DNA of 64,000 nucleotides, from positions 92,826 to 156,825 of the forward strand of contig JAHECS010000004.1 in assembly GCA_024641635.1 (NCBI GenBank). Reading direction: 5' to 3'. Below are positions 35,650 to 46,824 of this stretch, in pieces. This stretch comes from Actinomycetes bacterium. Lineage in GTDB: Bacteria; Actinomycetota; Actinomycetes; S36-B12. How positions within the stretch are numbered: position 1 is the first letter of the stretch; each line of letters begins with the position of its first letter. The position numbers were made by a program, and so were the translations under genes. The notes beneath the pieces are model-generated. The model saw only the letters and a program-made list of their open reading frames with translations. It ran no database searches and was not told where the DNA came from.

Positions 35650-35931
35650 ATGCCACGCAGTCTGAAGAAGGGCCCGTTCATCGACGGCCATCTGCTGAAG
35701 AAGGTCGACGCGCAGAACGAGGCCAACTCGAAGAACGTCATCAAGACGTGGTCGCGTCGTTCCATGATCGTGCCGGCCATGCTCGGCCACACGATCGCCG
35801 TCCACGACGGCCGCAAGCACGTGCCGGTCTTCATCTCGGAGAACATGGTCGGGCACAAGCTCGGCGAGTTCGCCCCGACCCGCACGTTCAGGGGCCACGT
35901 CAAGGACGATCGCAAGGCCAAGCGCCGCTAA
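35650..35931 (+). CDS. rpsS: 30S ribosomal protein S19 (uS19)
   Basis: 93 aa; [19 protein letters not shown]...[11 protein letters not shown]. Confidence 0.97.
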   Translation: MPRSLKKGPFIDGHLLKKVDAQNEANSKNVIKTWSRRSMIVPAMLGHTIAVHDGRKHVPVFISENMVGHKLGEFAPTRTFRGHVKDDRKAKRR

Positions 35932-35979
35932 TCAGCGGGCTTCATCACCGAAACCAGTCAAGAGAGCAAGGGGAAAGAC

Positions 35980-36507
35980 ATGGAAGCCAGGGCCCAGGCG
36001 CGGTACGTCCGCGTCACGCCCATGAAGGCGCGCCGCGTCATCGACCTCATCCGAGGCATGAACGCAGCAGACGCCCAGGCGGTGTTGAAGTTCGCTCCGC
36101 AGGCAGCGAGCGAGCCGATCGGCAAGGTGTTGGACAGTGCCATCGCCAACGCGACGAACAACCACGCCATGGACTCACGGTCCCTCGTGGTGAGCGCCGC
36201 GTTCGTCGACGAAGGTCCGACCATGAAGCGCATCCGCCCCAGGGCACAGGGTCGCGCCTACCGGATCCGCAAGCGCAGCAGCCACATCACCGTGATCGTC
36301 TCCGACGGCATCGCCCCGGTGGTCAGGGCGGCTGCGAAGCCGGCAGCGAAGCCGGCGGCGAAGCCCGCCGCCGAGAAGGCGCCTGCCGCAGAGAAGGCCG
36401 CGGAGAAGCCGGCGGCCAAGAAGGCTCCGGCCAAGAAGGCTCCGGCCAAGAAGGCCGCCGCGAAGAAGGCCTCGGCTCCTGCCGAGTCCGCAGAGAAGGA
36501 AGGGTGA
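35980..36507 (+). CDS. rplV: 50S ribosomal protein L22 (uL22) with Ala/Lys/Pro-rich C-terminal tail
   Basis: 175 aa; [26 protein letters not shown] core; tail [47 protein letters not shown]. Confidence 0.95.
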   Translation: MEARAQARYVRVTPMKARRVIDLIRGMNAADAQAVLKFAPQAASEPIGKVLDSAIANATNNHAMDSRSLVVSAAFVDEGPTMKRIRPRAQGRAYRIRKRSSHITVIVSDGIAPVVRAAAKPAAKPAAKPAAEKAPAAEKAAEKPAAKKAPAKKAPAKKAAAKKASAPAESAEKEG

Positions 36508-36514
36508 CCCGACA

Positions 36515-37342
36515 GTGGGCCAGAAAGTAAACCCGCACGGCTTCCGGCTGGGCATCACCACCGACTTCAACACTCGCTGGTTTGCCGACAGCTCCAAGCC
36601 GGGCCAGCGCTACCGCGACTACGTCGCCGAGGACGTCAAGATCCGCAAGCTCCTGTCCCAGGGCATGGAGCGCGCCGGCATCGCACGTGTTGAGATCGAG
36701 CGCACCCGGGACCGCGTCCGCGTCGACATCCACACCGCGCGACCCGGCATCGTCATCGGCCGCCGTGGCGCAGAGGCAGACCGCATCCGTGGCGACCTCG
36801 AGAAGCTCACGGGCAAGCAGGTGCAGCTGAACATCCTCGAGGTGAAGAACCCCGAGATCGAGGCCCAGCTCGTCGCGCAGGGCATCGCGGAGCAGCTGTC
36901 CAGCCGCGTCTCGTTCCGCCGCGCCATGCGCAAGGGAATGCAGAGCACCATGAAGAGCGGCGCCAAGGGCATCCGCGTTCAGGTCTCCGGTCGCCTCGGC
37001 GGCGCGGAGATGTCCCGCACCGAGTTCTACCGTGAGGGTCGCGTCCCGCTGCACACGCTGCGTGCGGACATCGACTACGGCTTCTACGAGGCTCGTACGA
37101 CCTTCGGTCGGATCGGCGTGAAGGTGTGGATCTACAAGGGCGAGGCCCTTGGATCGCGCGCCGAGCGTGAGGCAGCGGCCGCGGCCGCTCGCCTCTCGGG
37201 ACCCCGCACGCGTCCGGACCGGCCGCGTCGTCCGCGTCAGGACGACGAGGTCGCCGCTCCCGAGGCGCCTGTCGAGCCGACTGCCGAGGTTGTCGCCGAG
37301 TCGGCGCCGGCCGAGGTCGTCGCGGAAGGCCAGGAGGGCTAG
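36515..37342 (+). CDS. rpsC: 30S ribosomal protein S3 (uS3) with C-terminal extension
   Basis: 275 aa; GTG start; [18 protein letters not shown]...; Ala/Glu/Pro/Arg-rich last 60 residues or so. Confidence 0.97.
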   Translation: MGQKVNPHGFRLGITTDFNTRWFADSSKPGQRYRDYVAEDVKIRKLLSQGMERAGIARVEIERTRDRVRVDIHTARPGIVIGRRGAEADRIRGDLEKLTGKQVQLNILEVKNPEIEAQLVAQGIAEQLSSRVSFRRAMRKGMQSTMKSGAKGIRVQVSGRLGGAEMSRTEFYREGRVPLHTLRADIDYGFYEARTTFGRIGVKVWIYKGEALGSRAEREAAAAAARLSGPRTRPDRPRRPRQDDEVAAPEAPVEPTAEVVAESAPAEVVAEGQEG

Positions 37343-37344
37343 TC

Positions 37345-37767
37345 ATGCTGATTCCCCGCAGGGTCAAGCACCGCAAGCAGCACCACCCGACGCGCCGTGG
37401 CGTGTCCAAGGGTGGCACCGAGGTGACGTTCGGCACGTACGGCCTCCAGGCCCTCGAGCCGGCGTACGTGACCAACCGGCAGATCGAGTCAGCCCGTATC
37501 GCCATCACGCGGCACATCCGCCGTGGCGGCAAGGTCTGGATCAACATCTACCCTGATCGTCCGCTGACCAAGAAGCCTGCCGAGACCCGCATGGGCTCCG
37601 GCAAGGGATCGCCCGAGTGGTGGGTCGCGAACGTCAAGCCCGGACGCGTGATGTTCGAGCTGTCGTATCCGGACGAGACGGTCGCCAACGAGGCCCTGAC
37701 TCGCGCGATGCACAAGCTCCCGATGAAGTGCCGGATCGTTCGGCGCGAAGAGGCAGGTGACAACTGA
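37345..37767 (+). CDS. rplP: 50S ribosomal protein L16 (uL16)
   Basis: 140 aa; [15 protein letters not shown]... Confidence 0.97.
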   Translation: MLIPRRVKHRKQHHPTRRGVSKGGTEVTFGTYGLQALEPAYVTNRQIESARIAITRHIRRGGKVWINIYPDRPLTKKPAETRMGSGKGSPEWWVANVKPGRVMFELSYPDETVANEALTRAMHKLPMKCRIVRREEAGDN

Positions 37768-38018
37768 TGGCCGCAGGTACGCAGGTAGGAGAGCTCCGCA
37801 ACCTCGATGATGCGGAACTGACGACCAAGCTCCGCGAGGCGAAGGAGGAGCTTTTCAACCTCCGCTTCCAGGGTGCGACCGGTCAGCTGGAGAACCACGG
37901 TCGGCTTCGTGCGGTCCGCAAGGACATCGCGAGGATCTACACGATCCTTCGCGAGCGCGAGCTCGGCATCACTCCGATTGCCGGCATCGGCAACGACAGC
38001 GCGGCAGGTGTCGCATGA
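37767..38018 (+). CDS. rpmC: 50S ribosomal protein L29 (uL29)
   Basis: 83 aa; [34 protein letters not shown]; TGATG overlap with rplP. Confidence 0.95.
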   Translation: MAAGTQVGELRNLDDAELTTKLREAKEELFNLRFQGATGQLENHGRLRAVRKDIARIYTILRERELGITPIAGIGNDSAAGVA

Positions 38019-38299
38019 GCTCGAATGAGGCAACGGTGAACGAGGTTTCCCGCGGCTACCGCAAGACCCGCGAGGGCCTGGTGGTCAGCGACAAGATGGA
38101 CAAGACGGTGGTCGTTGCGGTCGAGGACCGCTTCAAGCACCCGCTGTACGGCAAGGTCGTCCGTCGGACGAGCAAGCTGAAGGCACACGACGAGGCCAAC
38201 GCCGCCGGTATCGGCGACCGAGTCCTCCTCATGGAGACCCGACCCACGTCCGCGACCAAGCGGTGGCGTGTGGTCGAGATCCTCGAGAAGGCCAAGTAG
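38015..38299 (+). CDS. rpsQ: 30S ribosomal protein S17 (uS17)
   Basis: 94 aa; [33 protein letters not shown]; ATGA overlap with rpmC. Confidence 0.97.
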   Translation: MSSNEATVNEVSRGYRKTREGLVVSDKMDKTVVVAVEDRFKHPLYGKVVRRTSKLKAHDEANAAGIGDRVLLMETRPTSATKRWRVVEILEKAK

Positions 38300-38357
38300 C
38301 CAACCCCACAGTTCCGCCAGGCTCTCGTGAGAACCGGCAGACGATCAGGAGAATGCA

Positions 38358-38726
38358 GTGATTCAGCAGGAGTCGCGACTTCGAGTCGCCGACAACACCG
38401 GTGCGAAGGAGATCCTGTGCATCCGGGTACTCGGCGGCTCCGGCCGTAGGTACGCGGGCATCGGCGACGTCATCGTGGCGACCGTCAAGGACGCCATCCC
38501 CGGCGGTGGTGTCAAGAAGGGCGAGGTCGTCAAGGCGGTCATCGTGCGCACCAAGAAGGAGCGCCGCCGGCCGGACGGCTCGTACATCCGCTTCGACGAG
38601 AACGCAGCCGTCATCCTCAAGGGCGACGGTGAGCCCCGCGGCACCCGCATCTTCGGCCCGGTTGGCCGTGAGCTGCGTGAGAAGAAGTTCATGAAGATCA
38701 TCTCGCTGGCTCCGGAGGTGCTGTAG
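38358..38726 (+). CDS. rplN: 50S ribosomal protein L14 (uL14)
   Basis: 122 aa; GTG start; [27 protein letters not shown]. Confidence 0.97.
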   Translation: MIQQESRLRVADNTGAKEILCIRVLGGSGRRYAGIGDVIVATVKDAIPGGGVKKGEVVKAVIVRTKKERRRPDGSYIRFDENAAVILKGDGEPRGTRIFGPVGRELREKKFMKIISLAPEVL

Positions 38727-38728
38727 CC

Positions 38729-39088
38729 ATGGCTCTCAACATCCGCAAGGGCGATCTCGTCCAGGTGATCTCGGGCAAGGACCGGGGCGTCAAGGGCAAG
38801 GTGATCGAGGTCTACCCGGACTCCGATCGCGTCATCGTCGAGGGCGTCAACCGGATCAAGAAGCACACCAAGGTCGGGCAGAACGCCCGCGGTGCGAAGA
38901 CCGGCGGCATCATCACCACCGAGGCGCCGATCCACGTGTCCAACGTGATGGTCATCGATCCCGAGGACGGTCGCCCGACCCGCATCGGCTACCGCAAGGA
39001 GCAGGTCGAGAAGCGTCGTACGGACGGCTCGACCTACGAGTCCGAGCGCAGCGTCCGAATCTCCCGTCGCACCGGCAAAGACATCTAA
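38729..39088 (+). CDS. rplX: 50S ribosomal protein L24 (uL24)
   Basis: 119 aa; [24 protein letters not shown] (KOW motif). Confidence 0.97.
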   Translation: MALNIRKGDLVQVISGKDRGVKGKVIEVYPDSDRVIVEGVNRIKKHTKVGQNARGAKTGGIITTEAPIHVSNVMVIDPEDGRPTRIGYRKEQVEKRRTDGSTYESERSVRISRRTGKDI

Positions 39089-39099
39089 GGAAAGAGCTG

Positions 39100-39669
39100 A
39101 TGACCGCAACCTCCACCGAGACCTCGGTGCCCCGCCTCAAGGCGCGGTACCGCGAGGAGATCGTGCCCGCTCTGCGGGAGGAGTTCTCCTTCCAGAACGT
39201 CATGCAGGTGCCCGGCCCGACGAAGATCGTCGTGAACATGGGCGTGGGAGACGCAGCCCGCGACTCCAAGCTCATCGAGGGCGCCATCCGCGACCTCGCC
39301 GACATCACCGGCCAGAAGCCGCAGGTCACCAAGGCCCGCAAGTCCATCGCGCAGTTCAAGCTGCGCGAGGGCCAGCCGATCGGTGCCCATGTCACGCTGC
39401 GTGGCGACCGCATGTGGGAGTTCCTCGACCGGCTGCTGTCGGTCGCCCTCCCGCGCATCCGCGACTTCCGCGGTCTGTCGCCCAAGCAGTTCGACGGGCG
39501 TGGCAACTACACCTTCGGTCTCAACGAGCAGTCCATGTTCCACGAGATCGACCAGGACAAGATCGACCGGGTTCGTGGCATGGACATCACGATCGTGACC
39601 ACTGCCAAGAACGATGACGAAGGCCGCGCCCTGCTTCGCCTTCTCGGATTCCCCTTCAAGGAGGCCTGA
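39100..39669 (+). CDS. rplE: 50S ribosomal protein L5 (uL5)
   Basis: 189 aa; [28 protein letters not shown]. Confidence 0.97.
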   Translation: MTATSTETSVPRLKARYREEIVPALREEFSFQNVMQVPGPTKIVVNMGVGDAARDSKLIEGAIRDLADITGQKPQVTKARKSIAQFKLREGQPIGAHVTLRGDRMWEFLDRLLSVALPRIRDFRGLSPKQFDGRGNYTFGLNEQSMFHEIDQDKIDRVRGMDITIVTTAKNDDEGRALLRLLGFPFKEA

Positions 39670-39674
39670 GCCGT

Positions 39675-39860
39675 ATGGCGAAGAAAGCGCTCGTCCAGAA
39701 GCAGCAGAAGACCCCGAAGTTCAAGGTCCGCGCATACACGCGGTGCAACAAGTGCGGTCGCCCGCACTCGGTGTACCGCAAGTTCGGCCTGTGCCGAGTG
39801 TGCTTGCGGGAGATGGCCCACGCCGGCGAACTGCCTGGCGTGACGAAGAGCAGCTGGTAA
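39675..39860 (+). CDS. rpsN: 30S ribosomal protein S14 type Z (uS14, zinc-binding)
   Basis: 61 aa; [20 protein letters not shown] with CxxC...CxxC. Confidence 0.95.
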   Translation: MAKKALVQKQQKTPKFKVRAYTRCNKCGRPHSVYRKFGLCRVCLREMAHAGELPGVTKSSW

Positions 39861-39921
39861 ACCACGACGTTGAAGGTCCGCCACGGCGGAAACCACAGCG
39901 AGGAAGGCCATAGGCCAAGAC

Positions 39922-40320
39922 ATGACAATGACCGACCCCATCGCGGACATGCTTGCGCGACTGCGCAACGCGAACTCCGCGTACCACGACACCGTGGCGA
40001 TGCCCCATTCGAAGATCAAGGCGAACATCGCCGAGATCCTTCAGCGTGAGGGCTACATCGCCGGTTGGTCCGTCGAGGATGCCACCGTCGGCAAGACGCT
40101 GACCCTGGACCTCAAGTACGGGCCCTCCCGGGAGCGCTCGATCGCCGGCCTGCGCCGCGTCTCGAAGCCCGGCCTGCGCGTCTACGCGAAGAGCACCGCG
40201 CTTCCGCGCGTGCTCGGCGGCCTCGGCATCGCCATCCTGTCCACGTCGTCGGGTCTCCTGACCGACCGACAGGCCGCACAGAAGGGCGTAGGTGGGGAAG
40301 TCCTCGCCTACGTCTGGTAG
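39922..40320 (+). CDS. rpsH: 30S ribosomal protein S8 (uS8)
   Basis: 132 aa; [25 protein letters not shown]. Confidence 0.97.
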   Translation: MTMTDPIADMLARLRNANSAYHDTVAMPHSKIKANIAEILQREGYIAGWSVEDATVGKTLTLDLKYGPSRERSIAGLRRVSKPGLRVYAKSTALPRVLGGLGIAILSTSSGLLTDRQAAQKGVGGEVLAYVW

Positions 40321-40333
40321 GGGAGGTTCGGAC

Positions 40334-40870
40334 ATGTCACGTATCGGACGTCAGCCGATCACCATCCCCTCGGGCGTGACCGCCAAGGTGGAGGGCCGCG
40401 AGGTCACCGTCACGGGGCCCAAGGGCTCCTTGACCATGACCATCGCCGAGCCGATCGTCGTGTCGGAGGAGGACGGCGCCCTCGTCGTCTCCCGCCCGGA
40501 CGACGAGCGCGACTCCAAGGCCCGTCACGGTCTCACCCGCACCCTGGTGGCCAACATGGTCACCGGCGTGACCCAGGGCTACGAGAAGGGCCTCGAGATC
40601 GTCGGCACGGGCTACCGGGTCGCGGCGAAGGGCACCGACCTGGAGTTCCAGCTCGGCTTCAGCCACCCTGTCGTGGTCAAGGCCCCGGAAGGCATCAGCT
40701 TCCAGGTCGATACCCCGGTGAAGTTCAAGGTGCAGGGGATCGACAAGCAGAAGGTCGGAGAGGTCGCGGCCAATATCCGCAAGATCCGCAAGCCGGAGCC
40801 CTACAAGGGCAAGGGCGTGCGGTACGAGGGCGAGGTCGTTCGCCGCAAGGCCGGAAAGGCTGGTAAGTGA
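40334..40870 (+). CDS. rplF: 50S ribosomal protein L6 (uL6)
   Basis: ATG 40334 after gggagg; [31 protein letters not shown]; the track start 40292 overlaps rpsH. Confidence 0.97.
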   Translation: MSRIGRQPITIPSGVTAKVEGREVTVTGPKGSLTMTIAEPIVVSEEDGALVVSRPDDERDSKARHGLTRTLVANMVTGVTQGYEKGLEIVGTGYRVAAKGTDLEFQLGFSHPVVVKAPEGISFQVDTPVKFKVQGIDKQKVGEVAANIRKIRKPEPYKGKGVRYEGEVVRRKAGKAGK

Positions 40871-41253
40871 TGAGTTCCTTCGCCCCCAAGCTGGGCACGC
40901 GCACCCCCACCACGGTGGGCCGTTCGCGTCGCCACCTGCGCGTTCGCAAGAAGGTCACCGGCACGCCTGGACGCCCCCGGCTGGTCGTCACGCGGTCGGC
41001 CCGTCACATGATGGTCCAGGTCGTCGACGACACCCAGGGCGTGACCCTGGCGGCGGCTTCCACCATGGAGGCCGACCTGCGCGGCGCTTCGGACGACAAG
41101 ACGGCCAAGGCCCGCAAGGTCGGCCAGCTCGTCGCGGAGCGCGCAAAGAAGGCCGGTATCGAGGCCGTCGTGTTCGATCGCGGCGGGAACAAGTACCACG
41201 GTCGCGTGGCTGCCGTCGCTGACGGCGCCCGCGAGGGTGGCCTGACCTTCTAA
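40867..41253 (+). CDS. rplR: 50S ribosomal protein L18 (uL18)
   Basis: 128 aa; [35 protein letters not shown]; start GTG 40867 or ATG 40870. Confidence 0.95.
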   Translation: MMSSFAPKLGTRTPTTVGRSRRHLRVRKKVTGTPGRPRLVVTRSARHMMVQVVDDTQGVTLAAASTMEADLRGASDDKTAKARKVGQLVAERAKKAGIEAVVFDRGGNKYHGRVAAVADGAREGGLTF

Positions 41254-41285
41254 CGACGTACGAACTTCAACGGAAGAGGTAGAGC

Positions 41286-41876
41286 ATGTCTGAAACGTCG
41301 CGCCGCAGCGGCGGCGCTGGCGATCGCCGGGAGCGCAAGGAGCGCACTCCCCGCGAGGAGAAGTCCGCGTACGTCGAGCGAGTCGTTGCCATCAACCGCG
41401 TCGCCAAGGTCGTCAAGGGCGGACGTCGCTTCAGCTTCACCGCTCTCGTCGTCGTCGGTGACGGCGACGGAATGGTGGGCGTCGGATACGGGAAGGCCAA
41501 GGAGGTGCCGGCCGCCATCGCCAAGGGTGTCGAGGAGGCGAAGAAGCACTTCTTCAAGGTCCCGCGCATCCAGGGCACCATTCCTCACCCGATCACGGGG
41601 GAGGCTGCGGCAGGTGTCGTCATGCTGCGCCCCGCCGCTCCTGGTACCGGCGTCATCGCCGGCGGCCCGGTGCGCGCCGTGCTCGAGTGCGCAGGCGTCC
41701 ACGACATCCTGAGCAAGTCGATGGGCTCCGACAACGCGATCAACGTCGTTCACGCGACTGTGGCTGCGCTCAAGGGCCTCGAGTCCCCTGAGGCCGTGGC
41801 CGCCCGTCGCGGACTCCCGTTGGAGGACGTCGCCCCGGCGGCCCTCCTCCGTGCGCGGGCCGGGGCTGGTGCGTGA
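41286..41876 (+). CDS. rpsE: 30S ribosomal protein S5 (uS5)
   Basis: 196 aa; [30 protein letters not shown]. Confidence 0.97.
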   Translation: MSETSRRSGGAGDRRERKERTPREEKSAYVERVVAINRVAKVVKGGRRFSFTALVVVGDGDGMVGVGYGKAKEVPAAIAKGVEEAKKHFFKVPRIQGTIPHPITGEAAAGVVMLRPAAPGTGVIAGGPVRAVLECAGVHDILSKSMGSDNAINVVHATVAALKGLESPEAVAARRGLPLEDVAPAALLRARAGAGA

Positions 41877-42058
41877 TGGGTCGGCTCAAGGTCACTCAGA
41901 AGAAGTCCGAGATCGGGGGGACGAGTGTGCAGCGCAACACGCTGCGCTCGCTGGGCCTCAAGCGGATCGGCGACACCGTCGTCAAGGAGGACCGCCCCGA
42001 AATCCGTGGCATGGTGAACGCCGTGTCACACCTGGTCGTTGTTGAGGAGGTCGACTGA
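41873..42058 (+). CDS. rpmD: 50S ribosomal protein L30 (uL30)
   Basis: 61 aa; [29 protein letters not shown]; ATGA-type overlap with rpsE. Confidence 0.95.
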   Translation: MMGRLKVTQKKSEIGGTSVQRNTLRSLGLKRIGDTVVKEDRPEIRGMVNAVSHLVVVEEVD

Positions 42059-42060
42059 CG

Positions 42061-42501
42061 ATGGCACTCAAGGTCCATCACCTGCGCCCGGCACCGGGCG
42101 CCAAGACGCCGAAGACCCGCAAGGGTCGTGGTGAGGCGTCCAAGGGCAAGACGGCCGGCCGTGGCACCAAGGGCACCAAGGCCCGGTACCAGGTTCCGGC
42201 TCGCTTCGAGGGCGGCCAGATGCCCCTTCACATGCGGCTTCCGAAGCTCAAGGGCTTCAAGAACCCGTCGAAGGTGGAGTTCCAGGTCGTGAACGTCGCC
42301 GCCATCGGCAAGCTGTTCCCCGAGGGCGGCGCCGTCACGGTGTCCGACCTCGTGGAGAAGGGCGCGGTCCGCAAGGGCCAGCCGGTCAAGGTTCTCGGGC
42401 AAGGCGAGATCAGCGTGGCTGTCTCGGTGAGTGCGGATGCGTTCTCCGATTCGGCTCGTGACAAGATCGTCGCAGCGGGTGGGTCAGCCACGGTCCTCTA
42501 G
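42061..42501 (+). CDS. rplO: 50S ribosomal protein L15 (uL15)
   Basis: 146 aa; [36 protein letters not shown]. Confidence 0.97.
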   Translation: MALKVHHLRPAPGAKTPKTRKGRGEASKGKTAGRGTKGTKARYQVPARFEGGQMPLHMRLPKLKGFKNPSKVEFQVVNVAAIGKLFPEGGAVTVSDLVEKGAVRKGQPVKVLGQGEISVAVSVSADAFSDSARDKIVAAGGSATVL

Positions 42502-42546
42502 CAGGACCGTGCTCCATCCCCTCAACCCGAGACTGCAGGAGGCTAA

Positions 42547-43845
42547 GTGCACATCAGTGCGTTCGGGGCTGCCCTGCGTACGCCGGACCTTCGTCGGAAG
42601 ATCTTCTTCACGATCGGACTGCTCGCGCTGTACCGGCTGGGATCGGTCGTGCCTACGCCAGGCGTCGACTACGCGGCCATCCAGCGATGCATCGACGTCG
42701 TCCAGGACAACTCGGTGTACGCGCTCATCAACCTGTTCAGCGGCGGTGCGCTGCTGCAGCTGTCGGTGTTCGCGCTCGGCATCATGCCGTACATCACCGC
42801 GAGCATCATCCTGCAGCTGCTCACCGTGGTGATCCCACGCCTGGAGACGTTGAAGAAGGACGGGCAGGCCGGTCAGGCCAAGATCACGCAGTACACGAGG
42901 TACGTCACCATCGGCCTGGCCATCCTCCAGTCGACGGCGATCATCTCCCTCGCACGCACGCCCGGCGCGCTCTTCAGCGGCTGCAACGAGTCCATCATCC
43001 CGAACGACGCCGTCTGGGTCGTCCTGGTCATGATCACCGTGATGACCGCTGGCACCGCCGTGATCATGTGGTTCGGCGAGCTCATCACCGAGCGTGGTGT
43101 CGGGAACGGAATGTCCGTCCTGATCTTCACCTCGATCATCGCCACGATCCCGGCGCAGTTCGCGTCGGTGTTCGGAAGCCAGGGCGCATTCGCCTTCTCG
43201 ATGACGCTGCTCGTCGGCCTGGCGGTGGTCGCCTTCGTGGTCTTCGTCGAGCAGGCCCAGCGCCGGATCCCGGTCCAGTACGCGAAGCGCATGGTCGGCC
43301 GGCGCATGTACGGCGGCACCTCGACCTACATCCCGCTGAAGGTGAACATGGCCGGTGTCATCCCGGTCATCTTCGCGTCCTCGCTCATGTTCCTGCCCGT
43401 GCTGCTCGTGCAGCTCACTGGCAGCCAGTCCGACTGGGCCATCTGGGTCCAGCAGAACCTCGGCACGGGCACGGGCACGTGGTACCTGACGCTGTACTTC
43501 ATCCTGATCGTCTTCTTCTGCTACTTCTACGTGTCCATCACGTTCAACCCCGTCGACGTGGCCGACAACATGAAGAAGTACGGCGGCTTCATCCCCGGCA
43601 TCCGGGCAGGAAGGCCGACGGCGGAGTACCTCGACTACGTGCTCACCCGCCTCACCGCTCCCGGCTCGCTGTACCTCGGAGTCATCGCCGTCCTGCCGGT
43701 CTTCGCCTTCGGCTTCCTCGGCGTCGGCAGCAACTTCATCTTCGGCGGGACCAGCCTGCTGATCATGGTCGGCGTGGGCCTCGACACCGTGAAGCAGATC
43801 GAGGCGCAGCTGCAGCAGCGCAACTACGAAGGGTTCCTCCGCTGA
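42547..43845 (+). CDS. secY: preprotein translocase subunit SecY
   Basis: 432 aa; GTG start; DLRRKIFFTIGLLALYRLGSVVPTPGV, LFSGGALLQLSVFALGIMPYITASI. Confidence 0.97.
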   Translation: MHISAFGAALRTPDLRRKIFFTIGLLALYRLGSVVPTPGVDYAAIQRCIDVVQDNSVYALINLFSGGALLQLSVFALGIMPYITASIILQLLTVVIPRLETLKKDGQAGQAKITQYTRYVTIGLAILQSTAIISLARTPGALFSGCNESIIPNDAVWVVLVMITVMTAGTAVIMWFGELITERGVGNGMSVLIFTSIIATIPAQFASVFGSQGAFAFSMTLLVGLAVVAFVVFVEQAQRRIPVQYAKRMVGRRMYGGTSTYIPLKVNMAGVIPVIFASSLMFLPVLLVQLTGSQSDWAIWVQQNLGTGTGTWYLTLYFILIVFFCYFYVSITFNPVDVADNMKKYGGFIPGIRAGRPTAEYLDYVLTRLTAPGSLYLGVIAVLPVFAFGFLGVGSNFIFGGTSLLIMVGVGLDTVKQIEAQLQQRNYEGFLR

Positions 43846-44414
43846 TGCGCCTGGTTCTCATGGGCCCGCCGGGGGCGGGCAAGGGCACCCAGGCGGGTGT
43901 GATCTCGGGGATGCTCGGCGTGCCCCACATCTCGACGGGGGACATCTTCCGTGCGAACGTGTCGAAGGGAACGTCGCTCGGCATCGAGGCGAAGCGGTAC
44001 ATGGATGCCGGCGAGTATGTGCCCGACGGCGTGACCAACGCGATGGTCCGTGACCGCCTGACCCATGACGACTGCCGCCCGGGCTTCCTCCTGGACGGGT
44101 ACCCGCGGACCGTCGAGCAGGTGGGCGAGCTCAACGCCATGCTGCAGTCCGCCGGGCATCGCCTCAGCCAGGTGCTCGAGCTGACCGTCGACATCGACGA
44201 GGTCGTCGGGCGGCTGGTGAAGCGGGCCGCGGACCAGGGTCGCAGCGACGACACGGAGGACGTGATCCGTCGTCGCCTCGAGGTCTACTTCGAGCAGACG
44301 GCCCCGCTGACCGCGATGTACGACGCTCAGGGCCTCCTGCTGCGCGTTGACGGCCTTGGCTCGATCGATGAGGTGACCGCGCGGATCGTGGCGGCGCTCG
44401 CCATCGAAGCCTGA
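43845..44414 (+). CDS. adk: adenylate kinase
   Basis: ATG 43845 overlapping the secY stop (TGATG); MRLVLMGPPGAGKGTQAGVISGMLGVPHISTGDIFR. Confidence 0.95.
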   Translation: MRLVLMGPPGAGKGTQAGVISGMLGVPHISTGDIFRANVSKGTSLGIEAKRYMDAGEYVPDGVTNAMVRDRLTHDDCRPGFLLDGYPRTVEQVGELNAMLQSAGHRLSQVLELTVDIDEVVGRLVKRAADQGRSDDTEDVIRRRLEVYFEQTAPLTAMYDAQGLLLRVDGLGSIDEVTARIVAALAIEA

Positions 44415-44424
44415 CGGAGCCGAC

Positions 44425-45237
44425 GTGTTCCGCCGCAAGGGCTCCATCGAGATCAAGACGCCTGACGAGCTTGCCGTCATGAGGCAGGCCGGACTGGTGG
44501 TGGCCAAGGCCCTCGCCGCGATCAGCGGGGCGACGCGGCCGGGGATCAGCACCGGTGAGCTGGATGCCATTGCCAGGGACGTGCTGGCGGACAACGGCGC
44601 CACATCGTCCTTCCTCGGCTACAAGGCGCATGGCGCCGTCCCGTATCCAGGCGTCATCTGCGCCTCGGTCAACGACGAGGTCGTTCATGGGATCCCGGGG
44701 GACCGGGTCCTGCGCGATGGGGACGTCCTGTCAGTCGACTTCGGCGCCATCGTCGATGGCTGGAACGGTGACGCCGCGGTCACGATCCTCGTGGGCGACG
44801 TGACTCCCGAGATCGCGGACCTGAGCCGCGTCACGGAGGATTCGCTCTGGGCCGGCCTGAGGCAGGCACGGGTCGGGGCCCACCTCACGGACATCAGCCA
44901 CGCCGTCGAGACGACGATCGTGGAGTCCGCCCCTCCGGGAGGGGGGCGCTACGGAATCGTCGAGGACTACGGCGGCCACGGCATCGGCTCGAGCATGCAC
45001 ATGGACCCACACATCCTCAACTACGGCAGCCCCGGACGTGGCCCGATCCTGCGGGCCGGCATGGCCCTGGCGATCGAGCCGATGGTGACCCTCGGCAACC
45101 CCGAGGTGGGCGTGCTGGCGGACGCGTGGACGGTCGTCACCCTGGACGGGAGCACAGCGGCCCACTGGGAGCACACGGTTGCCATCACCGACGACGGCCC
45201 GTGGGTGCTCACCGCGCTCGACGATGTCCGCCTGTAG
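44425..45237 (+). CDS. map: type I methionine aminopeptidase
   Basis: 270 aa; metal ligands in DVLSVDFGAIVDGWNGDAA, GHGIG, IEPMV and HWEHTV contexts. Confidence 0.93.
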   Translation: MFRRKGSIEIKTPDELAVMRQAGLVVAKALAAISGATRPGISTGELDAIARDVLADNGATSSFLGYKAHGAVPYPGVICASVNDEVVHGIPGDRVLRDGDVLSVDFGAIVDGWNGDAAVTILVGDVTPEIADLSRVTEDSLWAGLRQARVGAHLTDISHAVETTIVESAPPGGGRYGIVEDYGGHGIGSSMHMDPHILNYGSPGRGPILRAGMALAIEPMVTLGNPEVGVLADAWTVVTLDGSTAAHWEHTVAITDDGPWVLTALDDVRL

Positions 45238-45267
45238 CCCGGCTTCGGCGCCCACCCGACCCCGGAT

Positions 45268-45295
45268 TTTGTGCACGGGCGCACGAGCCGTAGAC
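45268..45295 (+). promoter_or_regulatory. candidate promoter for infA-rpmJ-rpsM-rpsK-rpsD-rpoA-rplQ
   Basis: ttgtgc (45268-45273), 16-nt spacer, tagact (45290-45295); same -10 hexamer as the rpoB candidate. Confidence 0.3.
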
Positions 45296-45407
45296 TTGGG
45301 CGGTCGGTTTCAGGCTTCCCCGCCACCATGCCTGCCTCGACCCGGATTCCGGGCTGTCAGGCGTGCGCGGGTGCAGGGGACCGCTCCACCACAAGGAAGC
45401 AGAGGTT

Positions 45408-45629
45408 ATGGGCAAGAAGGACGGCGCGATCGAGCTCGAGGGCACGATCACGGAGTCATTGCCCAATGCGATGTTCCGGGTGGAGCTCGACAACGGGCAC
45501 AAGGTGCTCGCGCACATCAGCGGGAAGATGCGGATGCACTACATCCGGATCCTGCCGGACGACCGGGTAGTCGTGGAGCTTTCGCCCTACGACCTCACGC
45601 GCGGCCGGATCGTCTACCGCTACAAGTAA
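45408..45629 (+). CDS. infA: translation initiation factor IF-1
   Basis: ATG 45408 after ggaagcagagg; [42 protein letters not shown]. Confidence 0.97.
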   Translation: MGKKDGAIELEGTITESLPNAMFRVELDNGHKVLAHISGKMRMHYIRILPDDRVVVELSPYDLTRGRIVYRYK

Positions 45630-45673
45630 GAAGCTAGAACCGACAACGAAACGAACGGACCGAAAGAGCCATC

Positions 45674-45787
45674 ATGAAGGTGCAGCCGAGCGTCAAGAAG
45701 ATCTGCGACAAGTGCAAGGTCATCCGTCGCCACGGTCGCGTCATGGTGATCTGCGAGAACGTTCGCCACAAGCAGCGCCAGGGCTGA
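45674..45787 (+). CDS. rpmJ: 50S ribosomal protein L36 (bL36), zinc-binding form
   Basis: Not in the ORF track (37 aa); ATG 45674 gives [37 protein letters not shown], stop 45785-45787. Confidence 0.95.
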   Translation: MKVQPSVKKICDKCKVIRRHGRVMVICENVRHKQRQG

Positions 45788-45976
45788 TCCCAGCACCTGA
45801 CGCGGCCGGCGGGGAGACAACCCGACCGTCCGAACACATGCAGAGACCCGACCCCTGCAGCCCCGCGTGCGAGGCCGCAGGACGACACCCCCGGGCACGA
45901 GGCCGGGGACCTGCCTTGGCGGGCAGGACTGGCTCTGTACCGAAACCTCGTGCATGACAGAAGAGAGAACGCCCAC

Positions 45977-46354
45977 ATGGCACGACTCGTTGGTGTCGAC
46001 CTGCCGCGCGACAAGCGCATGGCAGTGGCACTCACCTACATCTATGGCGTCGGTCGCTCGCAGGCGGCGAAGGCCCTCGAGGCCACGGGCGTGAGCCCGG
46101 ACCTGCGGGCCAAGGACCTCACCGACGACCAGGTCCTCGCCCTTCGCGACTGGATCGACGAGAACCTCAAGGTCGAGGGTGACCTCCGACGCGAGGTTGC
46201 CGCCGACGTCCGCCGCAAGGTCGAGATCGGCTGCTACCAGGGTCTGCGTCACCGCAGGGGCCTGCCGGTTCGTGGCCAGCGCACCCACACGAACGCTCGC
46301 ACCCGCAAGGGTCCGCGCAAGACCGTCGCTGGCAAGAAGAAGGCCGGCAAGTAA
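45977..46354 (+). CDS. rpsM: 30S ribosomal protein S13 (uS13)
   Basis: ATG 45977 after agaagagag; [26 protein letters not shown]. Confidence 0.97.
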   Translation: MARLVGVDLPRDKRMAVALTYIYGVGRSQAAKALEATGVSPDLRAKDLTDDQVLALRDWIDENLKVEGDLRREVAADVRRKVEIGCYQGLRHRRGLPVRGQRTHTNARTRKGPRKTVAGKKKAGK

Positions 46355-46384
46355 GCCGCCCCTGAGACACTGGAGAACTGATTC

Positions 46385-46792
46385 ATGGCACCTAAGTCCG
46401 GCAAGGCAGGCGCGGCCAAGAAGGTCCGCCGCAAGGAGAAGAAGAACGTGGCCCACGGCCACGCTCACATCAAGAGCACGTTCAACAACACCATCGTCTC
46501 GATCACCGATCCCACGGGTGCGGTGATCTCCTGGGCAAGCGCCGGGCAGGTCGGCTTCAAGGGAAGCCGCAAGTCCACGCCGTTCGCCGCGCAGCTGGCC
46601 GCCGAGGCTGCCGCTCGCCGTGCGATGGAGCACGGCATGCGCAAGGTCGACGTGTTCGTCAAGGGTCCCGGCTCCGGCCGCGAGACTGCCATCCGTTCGC
46701 TGCAGGCCACGGGCCTCGAGGTCGGCTCGATCGCCGACGTCACCCCGGCGCCGCACAACGGAACCCGTCCGCCCAAGCGTCGCCGCGTCTGA
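46385..46792 (+). CDS. rpsK: 30S ribosomal protein S11 (uS11)
   Basis: 135 aa; [30 protein letters not shown]. Confidence 0.97.
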   Translation: MAPKSGKAGAAKKVRRKEKKNVAHGHAHIKSTFNNTIVSITDPTGAVISWASAGQVGFKGSRKSTPFAAQLAAEAAARRAMEHGMRKVDVFVKGPGSGRETAIRSLQATGLEVGSIADVTPAPHNGTRPPKRRRV

Positions 46793-46824
46793 CCGCGCGA
46801 ACAGAACCTAGGAGATAACGAACC

